From a virus (lineage: Duplodnaviria > Caudoviricetes): a stretch of DNA of 45,480 nt. The DNA lies in the IMG/VR virus record IMGVR_UViG_3300044259_000241, positions 1-45,480 of that record, one strand, 5' to 3'. The position numbers and the translations under genes were made by a program. The notes under the pieces are model-generated. The model searched no databases and was not told the origin of the DNA. It worked only from the letters and a program-made list of their open reading frames with translations. Below are positions 8,035 to 18,276 of this stretch, piece by piece. The stretch's first letter is position 1. Every line of letters starts with the position of its first letter.

Positions 8035-11000
8035 TAATTTTGCCCCCTTGGCGTGCGTTTAACGTTCATATTGCTGGTTATGGCGTTGCTTATTGGCCCA
8101 CCGTTGTTCAGGTCTGCGACAACCACATCAACGGTCAGTCCTCCATTACCGTCGGTACCGGCCTGAGCATCGACCGAGGATGACGTGTAGTTCTGGATGT
8201 TAATTACCACCCCGCCACCCCCGGCGCCCTGCATGTCCTTGTTGCTGATCACCTTGCCGTTGTCGCCCGGTATCATGTACTGCTTACCGGTGCTAGCCTG
8301 GTAAATTTCCGGCATCCCGCCTTCGCCAACCTGATACATCCCACCAGCAGAAACAGGACCACCGTTTTTACGCTTACCGAGCAGGTTCGCACCAATAACG
8401 CCCGCTACCGCGCCGAGACCGATAGCCGCCGCCGTACCCATTGAGGCAATGGAGGACAGGATAGCCGCCGGAGTCCACGCCGCAGCGGTTGTCGCTGCCG
8501 CTGCTGTGCTGGTTGCCGTCTGTGTGGCCACTGCTGCCGTCTGCACAGCCGTAACCGTGCCGATCGCCGCAGTTTGAGCAGCCTGCCCCATAATTGCGGA
8601 CTTGACCCACTCAACACCCATCTGAACAAATGAGTTAATCAGGCTATTCAGGACAGTATTACCTATCGAGCGCATAGCATCAGATGCCGACATGCTGCCC
8701 GTGATGATGCCGGTCAGAGCATTGGAGGCATTACCAGCCAGCGCATCGAAAGATGCCGCCAATGCAGCGTTTCCTGCGCTCTGATTGCGGAAAATCTCCC
8801 ACTGCGCAGCGATACGAGCCTGCTCATACTCTTTATCTGCGTTTGCACGCAGCATAAGAGCATTCTGGTGAGTGATAAGTCCCTGCTGCTCGAATGCCTG
8901 AATAAGCGCGAGCTTGCGGGCGTTCTCGTTAGCCAGTTGCTGCACAGGGTCAACCCCGCCAACAGCATCCTGCTGCGGAGTTACTGCCTGCTGAGACTGG
9001 ATTTTTGCGAGGTTAGCCTGATGTGTTGCAGCCAGCCGCTCGGATGTCTGGTTGAACTGCTCCTGACTGATTTTCTTAGCAGCCAGAGCAGTATTCAGAT
9101 CCTCAACATCCTGTTTGTAACTGGCGTTCTCACGCGCTTCGGGAAGCAGTTTCTCTGCTGCTGCCTGGGCTTTAATGGCGTTAGCAGTATCCCATTTTGT
9201 CGCGGCATACTGCCCGGCTAAAGCCACCTGCTCTTTTGTCGCGCCTTTACCGAGTGACTGCTGGGCATTAAGGATCGCCTGTTCGCGGCTCAGCTTGTTC
9301 GTTGAGTCTGCTGCCAGTTCTGATTGCTGCTTGAGATTAGCCAGTTTCTGAGCGATAGAGTCAGCCTGTGAAGCACCTTTCTTCTGCTCTGACTGGAGCG
9401 TCTTCTGCGCCTGCGTGTTTTTATACGTAGCGGCAGCGTCATCCTCCATCTGTTTGGCGTGCGGGTCATCCTTAGCAAACCCGGCATCTTCGGCAGCGTA
9501 TTGAGCCTGCAACCGTGCGCGTGCTTCGCCCTGCAATTTCGACAACGCGAGGTTACGCTCTGACTGCTTAATCAGGTTTTTCTGGCCTGATGTAAGGTTA
9601 TCGGTTTCCTCTTTCAGTGCCGCAACGTTACCTTTGGCAATGACAGCTTCACGAGATAGCTCTACCAGCTTACCAACGAATGCGGTGAGAGCAGTCTGCC
9701 CCTTCTCAGTGGAGCTTTGCGTATTTTGCAGCTCGGTCGCCAGACGCTGAAGCGCCTCAGGAGATGGATTCTTGGCAATATCAGAAAGTTGTTTGCTGAG
9801 TTCGAAAGCTTTCTGCTCGGTAATACCGAACTTGTCCGCCACAGCGCCGACTGTGTTACCGATGCTATTAGCTGTGGACTGAAACGCCTGCCCGGCGCCG
9901 TAAGCCTGTTTAACCGCTTCGGCATAGTTATCGGTGGTGATTTCGAGCGTAGCGAGACGATCGTTAAAACCATCGACTGATGCGTAACCGCCAGAAAAAG
10001 CAGACAGAGCCTTGTCACCAAATGACAACAGTGAGCCTGACGCATCGCTGATAGCTTTTGGTATTTTGTTGATCGCCTCGTTATATTCCAGTAGGGCCTG
10101 GTTACGCATCAGCGTGGCGACTTCAGCATTGGTCTTCGCCAGGTACGCATATTTGTCTGACAGCGCGGCCACACCATTGATAGAGACGTTGATGACCTTA
10201 TCCATCGCTTCGGCCGCGTCTTTCAGTGCGTCCATGGCGTTTTTTCCGCCATTAAGCGAAGTGATCAGCGTGCCAGCGATGATTGAACCAAGGGCAATGA
10301 TGGCACCAATCACCGCGCCACTAGGACCGAATGCCCCGGCAAGTTGGGAACCTTGCTGAGAAAAGGCAACCAGCGCTGACTGACCGCCCTGCACCTGCAC
10401 GATGAAATCCTGAACCTGATAGCCAGCCTGTTGCATACTGGATTTCCAGTTTCCGTGGCTTTTTGTTCCAGTGTCCACGCTGGTTTTCATGTCGTACAAC
10501 TGCCCGGTTAACTGGGCTATTTTCTGCTTATCCGCATCTGTTGCACTTGCGCCAGCGCGCAACTGCGCTGACAAAATCGCAGCACTTCTGGCACCATTGG
10601 TTTGTTGTTCGCTAAGAATGGCTATCTGTTGAGACAGGTCCGATGTAATGCCACTGATACGATTAGCTTCATTGGCCTGCTGGGCGAGTTGCTTAGCGGC
10701 TTCCGCCGAGGCGGCAGAAGCGGACTTTTGAGCGTCCCTCATATCAAAAAGAGAACCCGCAAGCTCTGCAATTTTTGCCTTTTGCGCATCAGACGCTCCT
10801 TCGCCAGCACTTAACTGCGCGGCAAGGATAGCGGCACTTCGAGAGCCTGCTTGCATCTCAGTATTCAGGATGGAGACTTCTTTCTCCAGACCTGAAATTG
10901 ATGACTCTGCACGCTGGGTTGCAGCAGCAATAGATGATGCTGATTTGGCAGCTTCATCGGAGGAGGCTTTCAGATCATAAAATGCACCCGCGAGATCGGC

Positions 11001-11453
11001 AATAGTGCGTTTTTCCTCTTCGGTCGCATTTGATCCCGCCCGAAGCTGAGATGCGAAAACAGCCGCACTCCTGGCCCCGTTTTGCTGTGCCTCTTCAAGA
11101 ATTGCAACCTGATTACCAAGTGCTTCGATTACCGCATTAGCACGGTTAAGTTCGCTCGTCGTGCTACCAGTGCCTGTGCGAGCTTCCTCCATCGCGCGTG
11201 CAATACCGCTGACGCTAGTATTCAATTTGCGAAGCTGGTTATCCATGGAGTTGGCGTAACCAGCCAGTTCAGTAAATGCGGATCCGGTTTGCGACGTGCT
11301 CTGGTCAAGATTGTCCATCCCTTTACCGGACTGTGCCGCCGCAGCGTCCAGCTTATCCAGCGCATCAATGGCCTGTTTCCCGCCCTGCAACAGCGGCTCA
11401 ACGTCGGCGCTGATTTCATACACGATGCTACCGGCGTTTTTCTCACCTGCCAT
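8034..11453 (-). CDS. Tail tape measure protein
   Basis: 1139 aa, Ala/Gln-rich, predicted helical; QQAGYQVQDFIVQVQGGQ motif; C-terminal GGPVSAGGMYQVGEGG. Confidence 0.93.
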   Translation of the reverse strand: MAGEKNAGSIVYEISADVEPLLQGGKQAIDALDKLDAAAAQSGKGMDNLDQSTSQTGSAFTELAGYANSMDNQLRKLNTSVSGIARAMEEARTGTGSTTSELNRANAVIEALGNQVAILEEAQQNGARSAAVFASQLRAGSNATEEEKRTIADLAGAFYDLKASSDEAAKSASSIAAATQRAESSISGLEKEVSILNTEMQAGSRSAAILAAQLSAGEGASDAQKAKIAELAGSLFDMRDAQKSASAASAEAAKQLAQQANEANRISGITSDLSQQIAILSEQQTNGARSAAILSAQLRAGASATDADKQKIAQLTGQLYDMKTSVDTGTKSHGNWKSSMQQAGYQVQDFIVQVQGGQSALVAFSQQGSQLAGAFGPSGAVIGAIIALGSIIAGTLITSLNGGKNAMDALKDAAEAMDKVINVSINGVAALSDKYAYLAKTNAEVATLMRNQALLEYNEAINKIPKAISDASGSLLSFGDKALSAFSGGYASVDGFNDRLATLEITTDNYAEAVKQAYGAGQAFQSTANSIGNTVGAVADKFGITEQKAFELSKQLSDIAKNPSPEALQRLATELQNTQSSTEKGQTALTAFVGKLVELSREAVIAKGNVAALKEETDNLTSGQKNLIKQSERNLALSKLQGEARARLQAQYAAEDAGFAKDDPHAKQMEDDAAATYKNTQAQKTLQSEQKKGASQADSIAQKLANLKQQSELAADSTNKLSREQAILNAQQSLGKGATKEQVALAGQYAATKWDTANAIKAQAAAEKLLPEARENASYKQDVEDLNTALAAKKISQEQFNQTSERLAATHQANLAKIQSQQAVTPQQDAVGGVDPVQQLANENARKLALIQAFEQQGLITHQNALMLRANADKEYEQARIAAQWEIFRNQSAGNAALAASFDALAGNASNALTGIITGSMSASDAMRSIGNTVLNSLINSFVQMGVEWVKSAIMGQAAQTAAIGTVTAVQTAAVATQTATSTAAAATTAAAWTPAAILSSIASMGTAAAIGLGAVAGVIGANLLGKRKNGGPVSAGGMYQVGEGGMPEIYQASTGKQYMIPGDNGKVISNKDMQGAGGGGVVINIQNYTSSSVDAQAGTDGNGGLTVDVVVADLNNGGPISNAITSNMNVKRTPRGQN

Positions 11454-11465
11454 GTCGTTCTCCGG

Positions 11466-12137
11466 TTATTGCTTTGCTTTTGCCCTGCGCGCGGCCTGTT
11501 TAGCCAGGTATTCGTCGGCGATGCTGTCGTACTCTTCTCGGGTGAAGCCCTTCTGATCAGGGTATTTCGCAGCCAGCAGCATCTGGAACTCGGTCATCGT
11601 TAACTGCGAAGCTTCTGCGCGGTTCATGTCAAAGTGACTCCGCGCAGCGCTGATGTAGTCAAATGCTTTGAATTCTGTCGTGCGCTCGCCTGTCTCATGA
11701 CGCTGCAACTGGCGCACTTTGGCTTTGCCAACAACACCGTGTTGAATAAGGTGCTGGGCAAGCACAATAATGTCGTTTTTCGGCATCTGACCTGGGCGAT
11801 AGACAACGCAATGCCGCCAGCCTTTCCACTCGCCTATCATCGGCGTCAGATCACTCTCGCAGCACGCCTGTAAAACATGCATACACGTTGATAAAAGCTT
11901 TTCAGCGGCGCGGTTGAATGATGGTTCCATCCACTCAGGAAAACGCCCCAACGTGCCAGCGCATACCTCGATGAGCTGAGCGACATCATTGCCATGGATG
12001 GTGGCATAGGCCCGCACAATTTCTTCCGGAGTGCCGATCCTGGTCATCGCCTCGAATGATGGCCGGAGCAGGTAGTCTTTCCCGCCGGTGCGGCTGTCGC
12101 TGATAGAGAGTTCGCCAATATCGGTTAAAGCGGTCAT
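11466..12137 (-). CDS. Probable tail assembly chaperone
   Basis: Lies between major tail and tape measure genes. Confidence 0.65.
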   Translation of the reverse strand: MTALTDIGELSISDSRTGGKDYLLRPSFEAMTRIGTPEEIVRAYATIHGNDVAQLIEVCAGTLGRFPEWMEPSFNRAAEKLLSTCMHVLQACCESDLTPMIGEWKGWRHCVVYRPGQMPKNDIIVLAQHLIQHGVVGKAKVRQLQRHETGERTTEFKAFDYISAARSHFDMNRAEASQLTMTEFQMLLAAKYPDQKGFTREEYDSIADEYLAKQAARRAKAKQ

Positions 12138-12194
12138 AGGCCTTCCAGTAAACGGTCATTATCAAGGGCAGCACGCCGCCCTTTGGAATGTCCG

Positions 12195-12938
12195 TTAGGT
12201 AACGGTAACCGTATGCACGGCCACAAAGTTGCCGTCTTCGGTGTTGATGATGATCTGTGCGCTGCCGCTGGCGACACGCGTCACGGTAACGGTATTTCCG
12301 GACGCGGTTGCAGTGGCTTTGGTTGGATCGGTTGATGCGACCGTGAAGTCTTTGTTGGTTGCGCCGGTCGGTGCGATATTCACCGTAAAGGTGCTGGTAC
12401 CGCCCGCCGCGCCAGTGCTGGTTGCCGGACTTACCGTTACGCCGGTAACAGGCACAGCAGTGATTTCGTTCACTTCAATGGTGCTCGCATCGCCAACTTT
12501 GAACTCGGTGGAGAAAGTGACGATGTCATTGGTACCACCATCAGAGCTCAACGCCGTGATGTTCATGTAACCGATGAATTCAACCGGGCCGTAGTCCATG
12601 CGCACCCAGATGCCTGGCTGACGCTTGGCCTTTAGTTCATCAGCGAAATACTTGATGAACCTGCCGACACCGTACTGATCCAGTTTGTCCTTCTTGCGTA
12701 CCTCACCTTCAAAACTCAGGGTGAAGTCACTGTTGGTGACGATGGTTTCGACATAGCCGCCGCCGTCATCCGCATCAGAGGTAACCGAGTTCGGGTTGAA
12801 GTCGAAGCCCTTCGACGTACCGGCAGCCAGCGCCTTCCACTCTGCTTCAAGCGGCTTGACGTCCGGGCAACCATCGGCAACTTCCAGCACGACTGCGCCA
12901 CCGAAAAGGCGTTCGTTCGAGTTCTGGCAATCATCCAT
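12195..12938 (-). CDS. Major tail tube protein with C-terminal Ig-like domain
   Basis: Tail-tube-type N-terminal domain; C-terminal VPVTGVTVSP...PTGATNKDFTVASTDPTKAT Ig-like pattern. Confidence 0.88.
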   Translation of the reverse strand: MDDCQNSNERLFGGAVVLEVADGCPDVKPLEAEWKALAAGTSKGFDFNPNSVTSDADDGGGYVETIVTNSDFTLSFEGEVRKKDKLDQYGVGRFIKYFADELKAKRQPGIWVRMDYGPVEFIGYMNITALSSDGGTNDIVTFSTEFKVGDASTIEVNEITAVPVTGVTVSPATSTGAAGGTSTFTVNIAPTGATNKDFTVASTDPTKATATASGNTVTVTRVASGSAQIIINTEDGNFVAVHTVTVT

Positions 12939-12966
12939 GTGAAACTCCTCTTTGACGTATAAAAGA

Positions 12967-12986
12967 AAACCCGCTGGAGCGGGTTA
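12967..12986 (-). terminator. Terminator-like hairpin upstream of the major tail gene
   Basis: Minus strand AACCCGCT-CC-AGCGGGTTTTCTTTT. Confidence 0.55.
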
Positions 12987-13000
12987 TTTGGTTGGGATGG

Positions 13001-13384
13001 CTATTCGCCGTAAGTGCAGGCGAACTGGAGTCGGAAGACTATTCGCCCTTCTTCTGTGAGCACCGGCGCGGGGATTGCGCCCATGTTCTGGATGTAGCCT
13101 ACGCACTCGTCAGCCATTGGGTTGGCCTGAACGTAATCGACGATGCGCTGCACGGCATTGAGCGCGTCTTTGCGCTTGTCCTTCGCGCCTACTACGTCGA
13201 CCAGGACGTGATACTCAGAGCCGAGGTCAGTACGGATATTCGAGCCGCCGTTTGGCCTGAACACGATTATGGCTTTAGCCAAGTCCTTCGGATCGTCGTA
13301 CATCAGCTGCTGCACCGTGAAACCAGCTGTTAGCCCGGCGTCGACGAACATGTTGCGCACCCGCTCGTGCATCATGGGTGTCAT
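13001..13384 (-). CDS. Tail terminator/completion protein
   Basis: Synteny; ATGA overlap with the preceding gene. Confidence 0.7.
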   Translation of the reverse strand: MTPMMHERVRNMFVDAGLTAGFTVQQLMYDDPKDLAKAIIVFRPNGGSNIRTDLGSEYHVLVDVVGAKDKRKDALNAVQRIVDYVQANPMADECVGYIQNMGAIPAPVLTEEGRIVFRLQFACTYGE

Positions 13385-13845
13385 AACGAAAGCTCCTTGC
13401 GCATTACTGCATCTACGCTATCGCGCTCATCGTTCGCGCCTTTGGTCAGGAATTGCGGTTCACCATGCGGATCCCAGTAGTTCCCCGTTCCTGTCCCGCC
13501 TCCGAACTCTTTCGGTTTCTGCGGGCCGAACTCAGAGCGGTTACTGGTCACGCCGAAGTGTGCGCGAGGCTGACCTTTCAATTTGCCGGACATTTCGTGA
13601 ACGTAGGCAGCATAATTAGCCGAATAGCCGATACGCCCGGTAATGAGTACGCCACCAGTATCGATTTCCCTAAACTGGCTGTTAATCAGCGTGGAAGTGT
13701 CGATCGGGGTGTAATAGGCCGCCCGGGCACCGATAAGAATCATCGCCGACTGCAACGCACGAATAACCTTACGCCCTTTGACGTCATTAATAACATCGTT
13801 CAGGTGCTTCTTTGCCTGGCTGATGCCTTTCACTTTGATGCCCAT
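13381..13845 (-). CDS. Neck/tail completion protein (HK97 gp10-like)
   Basis: TPIDTSTLINS, YAAYVHE, PQFL motifs. Confidence 0.75.
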   Translation of the reverse strand: MGIKVKGISQAKKHLNDVINDVKGRKVIRALQSAMILIGARAAYYTPIDTSTLINSQFREIDTGGVLITGRIGYSANYAAYVHEMSGKLKGQPRAHFGVTSNRSEFGPQKPKEFGGGTGTGNYWDPHGEPQFLTKGANDERDSVDAVMRKELSL

Positions 13846-13847
13846 GG

Positions 13848-14198
13848 CTACACTCCCGTCAGGATGGCGTAATCATCCGTCAGACGATCAAATGTGTCGC
13901 CGTAGCGGATAACCTGCCGCACCTCGTCGGCACCGGCCACAACCGGGTCGGCCTCGGTCGAAGCGCCAATCAGCAGGTAATCACCAGCGGACGCCAGCGC
14001 AAACTCCGTCCAGACGGTGTTCTTAACGACGATTTCGGCTCCCAGGCTGGCTAACTTCTTGCTGAGTCCGCCCTCGTAATCACAGAGGATTTGCTCAGGC
14101 TCGGCATAACCCATCGGGTCGCCAATCTCATCATTTCCGCCGACCTTGCGCCAGATGGTCGCAGTGGCTGTGTATGACCAGTTCGCTACCGATGACAT
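13848..14198 (-). CDS. Head closure/head-tail joining protein
   Basis: Start MSSVANWSY at 14198 with RBS GGAGG; synteny. Confidence 0.7.
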   Translation of the reverse strand: MSSVANWSYTATATIWRKVGGNDEIGDPMGYAEPEQILCDYEGGLSKKLASLGAEIVVKNTVWTEFALASAGDYLLIGASTEADPVVAGADEVRQVIRYGDTFDRLTDDYAILTGV

Positions 14199-14371
14199 CA
14201 GCCCTCCTTCCAGCGCAGCACCTTCGCGCCAGTCGCCCGGATGCGCGGGCAGTTGATGAACCACTCGCCGTCCGATTTCACGAAGCCGGTAGTCTCCCGC
14301 CCCGTGTCGGTCATCACCCAGACGCGGGTGAACGAGCGCGGCAGGCCGTGCTTAACTGATTTGTACGTCAT
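14198..14371 (-). CDS. Small protein, 57 aa (MTYKSVKHGLPRSFTRVWVMTDTG...), absent from the ORF track
   Basis: Translated by hand; TGATG-coupled at both ends. Confidence 0.75.
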   Translation of the reverse strand: MTYKSVKHGLPRSFTRVWVMTDTGRETTGFVKSDGEWFINCPRIRATGAKVLRWKEG

Positions 14372-14751
14372 CAGCAGCCCCCGACCACTAGGAACAGACC
14401 AACGCTATTACCGGCGCTGATTGGCAACTCACTGGTGCATCCGCTGGTATCGAGTTTCGCCAGCGAGTCGCGCAGCCAGGTGATGCTGTCAGCATCGTAA
14501 TCGAACGAACGGGACGCGCCGGACGGCGCACCCTGCGATTTGATTCGGCGAGCCCCGGACGACGTGGCCATCAACGCTGCGGCGTACATCATGATCAGCT
14601 TTGAGGTGCAGTCGTCATATCCTGCGCCATCGAGGCACGGAATAATCTTGTTCACCGCACAGAGGATCGGATCCAGCAACGCGCCCGGGATGGAATAACC
14701 CAATTCACCGAGATACTGTTGCACATCTGCTGCTGTGATTGGGTCAGCCAT
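14371..14751 (-). CDS. Head-tail connector protein
   Basis: Position after the capsid genes; IKSQGAPSGASRSF motif. Confidence 0.7.
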   Translation of the reverse strand: MADPITAADVQQYLGELGYSIPGALLDPILCAVNKIIPCLDGAGYDDCTSKLIMMYAAALMATSSGARRIKSQGAPSGASRSFDYDADSITWLRDSLAKLDTSGCTSELPISAGNSVGLFLVVGGC

Positions 14752-14753
14752 GG

Positions 14754-15041
14754 TTATTTCGCCTTTTTCTTCAGCTCATCGATTTGTTTCTGAGCCTCGT
14801 CGAGGTCAGTCTGGAGCTTTGCGTTTCCCGCCGTCAGCGCCTCAACTTTGCCAGTAGCCTCGTCGAGGTCAGTCTGGAGCTTTTGAACGTCGGCGGGGGT
14901 TGCTACCTCCAGCACCTGATCGCTTACCGGGATCGCTTTGCCTACCAGCCACAGGGGAAGGCTCTCGCCTTTGTAGACTTCACCCTTTTTCAGTTCGTGG
15001 CTGTCGTGGGTGAGCAACCATTTTTGTTCTTTACCAGCCAT
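14754..15041 (-). CDS. Coiled-coil virion accessory protein
   Basis: Start MAGKEQKW with RBS GGAGG; duplicated KLQTDLDEA. Confidence 0.7.
   Translation of the reverse strand: MAGKEQKWLLTHDSHELKKGEVYKGESLPLWLVGKAIPVSDQVLEVATPADVQKLQTDLDEATGKVEALTAGNAKLQTDLDEAQKQIDELKKKAK
14793..14883. repeat. 28-bp perfect direct repeat, 63-bp period
   Basis: AGCCTCGTCGAGGTCAGTCTGGAGCTTT at 14793-14820 and 14856-14883. Confidence 0.9.
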
Positions 15042-15052
15042 ACGGCCTCCGT

Positions 15053-15078
15053 AAAAAAGATGGGGCCGAAGCCCCATT
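15053..15078 (-). terminator. Terminator after the major capsid gene
   Basis: Minus strand ATGGGGC-TTCG-GCCCCAT then CTTTTTT. Confidence 0.75.
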
Positions 15079-15080
15079 AA

Positions 15081-16112
15081 TTATGCTTTGGTCAGCTGGA
15101 CGTAACCGGCCTGGCCATTAGCGTCGTGTTTGAACTGCGGAGCCGCAGCAGCCAGCACAGAGAAGACATAGTCATCTTCCGGGTTCTGACGCGCTTTAGG
15201 GCGCATGGTCATCGGCATACCATTGAGGATCTGCACGACGTCAGGGCGCTTAACCACACCCAGCAGCTCATCGGTCGGAACCTTCGAAGCCGGAACCAGC
15301 GCCGCAACACCAGGGATTTCCATGATGCGGGCCAGAATGGTCTTCGGATAGTTCGCCGCGTAGTCGTTCACGGATGCGTAGAACCAGTCTTTGTAGTTCA
15401 GGTAAATGGTCACCGGCGCATAGAAGTTTTCGGTATGCAGCAGGTTAATCAGGTTGGAGATAGCTGCAACCCACTGCGCACCTGTAGCGCCATTCAGGGT
15501 CAGGCCGTGGGTGCCGGTACCGCGATTTGGTGCGGTGCGCAGACCGTAAATAGTCGCGCCTCCGACGTTGATGTTTGGATCGCCGTTCAGCACCATGTCT
15601 TCCAGCTTCTCAGCCACTTTGCGCTGATGGTTGGAGATGGCGTCGCTATCCAGAGAGTAGCCTTCAGTCTGGGCTGCCAGCATCTGGCGCCAGCCGAAAG
15701 TCAGCTCGCTATCGATGATCGGCAGCGGCGTGCCTTCGTAATCCATGACAGGCTGATCGCCCTTCGCCTTGCCGCGGCCATCCAGGCTGATGTTTACATC
15801 GCCTGAATCGGACAGAGTCATGAAGTAGTGCACGATTTTACCGAGTGCCATCGGGCGTGACACGCTGGCTGCCAGGTCATTGAACACTGACAGCACATCG
15901 CGCTGCACGGTAATCGCCGAGCGGTCCCATTCGCCCCAGACATCTTTCGGCAGCACTGAGGCGTTACCGACGAGCTCATCAAACGCGATGAACTGGCCAC
16001 TGGCATCGTTAACCGCAAAACCATGCTGCGCAGCCATATTGCGCTGCATCATGTCCCAGCGACGACGGGCGTTGATAATCAGCGCCTGCTGTTGTGGAGT
16101 AAACTTTAACAT
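15081..16112 (-). CDS. Major capsid protein
   Basis: 343 aa, follows the decoration gene; IYGLRTAPN motif typical of HK97-fold capsids. Confidence 0.88.
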   Translation of the reverse strand: MLKFTPQQQALIINARRRWDMMQRNMAAQHGFAVNDASGQFIAFDELVGNASVLPKDVWGEWDRSAITVQRDVLSVFNDLAASVSRPMALGKIVHYFMTLSDSGDVNISLDGRGKAKGDQPVMDYEGTPLPIIDSELTFGWRQMLAAQTEGYSLDSDAISNHQRKVAEKLEDMVLNGDPNINVGGATIYGLRTAPNRGTGTHGLTLNGATGAQWVAAISNLINLLHTENFYAPVTIYLNYKDWFYASVNDYAANYPKTILARIMEIPGVAALVPASKVPTDELLGVVKRPDVVQILNGMPMTMRPKARQNPEDDYVFSVLAAAAPQFKHDANGQAGYVQLTKA

Positions 16113-16123
16113 TCGTTTTTTCC

Positions 16124-16561
16124 TTATGCCTTGGCGTACGGAGTGGAGAGGATCACCACGTCGGCGAAACCTTCCGCCGCCAGAGTGCGCCCTGCTTTTT
16201 CGTCAAACGTTGCGACGACCTGGTTGCCGGTTGCAGCAGCTTTGAACACACCACCAGCACCGACCGTCAGTTCCTGGCCTACTGTGTAAGCAGCTGCCGC
16301 CAGGCGAACGTTATATTCCTGCTCGCCTTCAACGCGGTAAGCGACGCCGGTTTCGTTGGCTGCGTAAGCAGTGGTGATGGCCTGTCCGATGAAGCGACGG
16401 TTGCCGAGGATGAGCCAGCGGCCAGTTGTATCAGTTGCTACAGCCAGCTTCCCGGAAGAAACTTTCACCGCAACGCCTGGCGTGAGTGCTGCCGCAACTG
16501 GCAGGTTGATGGTTTCCGGCTCGCGTTCGACCGGGCCACGATAGATAACGTTAGCGACCAT
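16124..16561 (-). CDS. Head decoration protein
   Basis: Start [14 protein letters not shown]-coupled; between scaffold and capsid genes. Confidence 0.75.
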   Translation of the reverse strand: MVANVIYRGPVEREPETINLPVAAALTPGVAVKVSSGKLAVATDTTGRWLILGNRRFIGQAITTAYAANETGVAYRVEGEQEYNVRLAAAAYTVGQELTVGAGGVFKAAATGNQVVATFDEKAGRTLAAEGFADVVILSTPYAKA

Positions 16562-17955
16562 TATTTTTTCTCCTGATCCATGCCAGCGTTGAGGTCGTAG
16601 TCTTTCCACTGGTCGTTTTCAGCATTGACCTGCTGGAAAGATGGATTCAGACCGGTGCTGGTCTGGCACTGCGAGTACATGTCGTTCAGCGCTTCGCCAG
16701 TCAGCGAGTTGATCGCCGCTTCGGTCATGAACGAGAATTTCGCTTTGACCGCATCACGCTTGGTTTTCAGATCGCTTTCTGCGTTAGCCTGCAACTGAGA
16801 TTTCAGCGTGCCGATCTCGTCGGTAAGCGGCTTAATTGCCAGGTTCACTGCCGCGGTAATCGCGTCAGAGTTAATCTGCGCCTGACCAGGGTCGCCACCA
16901 CCGGCTTTCTTTTGCATCTGCTGGTTGTAGGCATCCCAGACCTGATCGTCGGTCAGCCCATCGGTTGTTACGCCTGCGGCATTGAGCGCGGCGATCATCT
17001 TCTCTTTCATCGGGTTTTCTTCTCCGTTGGTTTTGACTTCGTACTCAGTTGGTTTGCGCACGACTTCTACTGGATCGCCGACAAGCGTTACGACCTTGTC
17101 AGAGATGAGGTACTTCTGGTCGAAGAGCTTTGGCTTGGCGTTCTCGCCATCCTCTTCGTAAACGAAATGGTCAGGCCAGACGCTGACGACGTACCGCCAC
17201 TTTTTGTCGTCCTGTTTGATGGACATGCGCAGCGCCTGGTAGATGTCGTCGAAAGACATCTCTGAAGCATTGCTGATGTAGAACTTCACTTTGTTCCACC
17301 AGCCGTCTTTCATGCTGTTAGCGGCATCAATGAGGCTCGTCGATTCAACATCAGCCTCTTGCCCGTCAGCGTTGACGAACATGCCGACGCCTTCATCCGG
17401 GGTTCCGGCACCTGGCTCATCTAGCAGGATCGCGATGTGGTCAAACTGCATGTTGTGAGCGACCCAGGAGTATTTTTTCTGTTTCGACTCGCCAGTTTTT
17501 TGCTCTTTGTTCAGTAGCAGGCCGGTGGAGACATGAATCGGATCGGCGTTATTGCCGGTAATCATGTCGTCCAGGCGCTGAATGAGGCGTTTGCCGTCGG
17601 GCTTTGTCTCTGCCACAGCCTTATTGACGTAAACGTCCATCACGACTTTGTCGTTGGCCTTGCTGACGTTCTGAGCCCATGCCCCGGCGTAATAATCGTT
17701 AACCGCCTGCGGGTCGTTGGCGCTGACGTATTTGCCGTTCACCATCGGGTGACCCAGCGGCATCAACTTGCGCTCCATCGTCAGGTAGCTGTTGTTAATC
17801 TCCTCCGCCGGGTACAGACCACCATTCATCACGATGTCATCGACGATCGGAACCGCGCCACGAATGACGTAGTGTTCCTGGCCGTTGATGGTGGTCGTTG
17901 AGATGTTGGAGGCGTTGATGGCGAGGGATTTAACGTGGATGCTGGATAGCTTCAC
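16561..17955 (-). CDS. Prohead protease/scaffold (DUF2213-like)
   Basis: [23 protein letters not shown] motifs; helical C-terminus. Confidence 0.8.
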   Translation of the reverse strand: MKLSSIHVKSLAINASNISTTTINGQEHYVIRGAVPIVDDIVMNGGLYPAEEINNSYLTMERKLMPLGHPMVNGKYVSANDPQAVNDYYAGAWAQNVSKANDKVVMDVYVNKAVAETKPDGKRLIQRLDDMITGNNADPIHVSTGLLLNKEQKTGESKQKKYSWVAHNMQFDHIAILLDEPGAGTPDEGVGMFVNADGQEADVESTSLIDAANSMKDGWWNKVKFYISNASEMSFDDIYQALRMSIKQDDKKWRYVVSVWPDHFVYEEDGENAKPKLFDQKYLISDKVVTLVGDPVEVVRKPTEYEVKTNGEENPMKEKMIAALNAAGVTTDGLTDDQVWDAYNQQMQKKAGGGDPGQAQINSDAITAAVNLAIKPLTDEIGTLKSQLQANAESDLKTKRDAVKAKFSFMTEAAINSLTGEALNDMYSQCQTSTGLNPSFQQVNAENDQWKDYDLNAGMDQEKK

Positions 17956-17985
17956 GTTGCGTCCTCATTGGTGTATTTAAGGCAA

Positions 17986-18012
17986 TAAAAAACCCAGCGC
18001 TTTGGCTGGGTT
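17986..18012 (-). terminator. Terminator of the head-region moron
   Basis: Minus strand AACCCAGC-CAAAGC-GCTGGGTTTTTT. Confidence 0.75.
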
Positions 18013-18038
18013 GATTCTTCGTCGGAGAATTTAACAAG

Positions 18039-18236
18039 TTAGACTTTGTTAAAGGCTATTATATGTACTTGCGAGACACCGTTAACTTTGGAAATTCCTT
18101 CGCTTATCTCTTTGTGAACGTCTTCAGGAGGCATGTCAGACGGAAACTCCACTACCTCTGATCCGGCAAGGTATACCGTGCTGCCACCCGCTTCATTGCT
18201 GACATAAGCATTCCATGAATAAAACCATTTTTGCAT
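18039..18236 (-). CDS. Small AT-rich moron protein (MQKWFYSW...)
   Basis: RBS GGAG before ATG 18236; inserted among head genes with its own terminator. Confidence 0.65.
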   Translation of the reverse strand: MQKWFYSWNAYVSNEAGGSTVYLAGSEVVEFPSDMPPEDVHKEISEGISKVNGVSQVHIIAFNKV

Positions 18237-18276
18237 ATCAAATCTCCAAGTGATGGATTTGCATATTTGCATGGTT

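Noticed and set aside
11454-12194. Programmed G/GT-type frameshift in the tail chaperone
   Set aside because: A single ORF fills the interval and I saw no second frame to shift into
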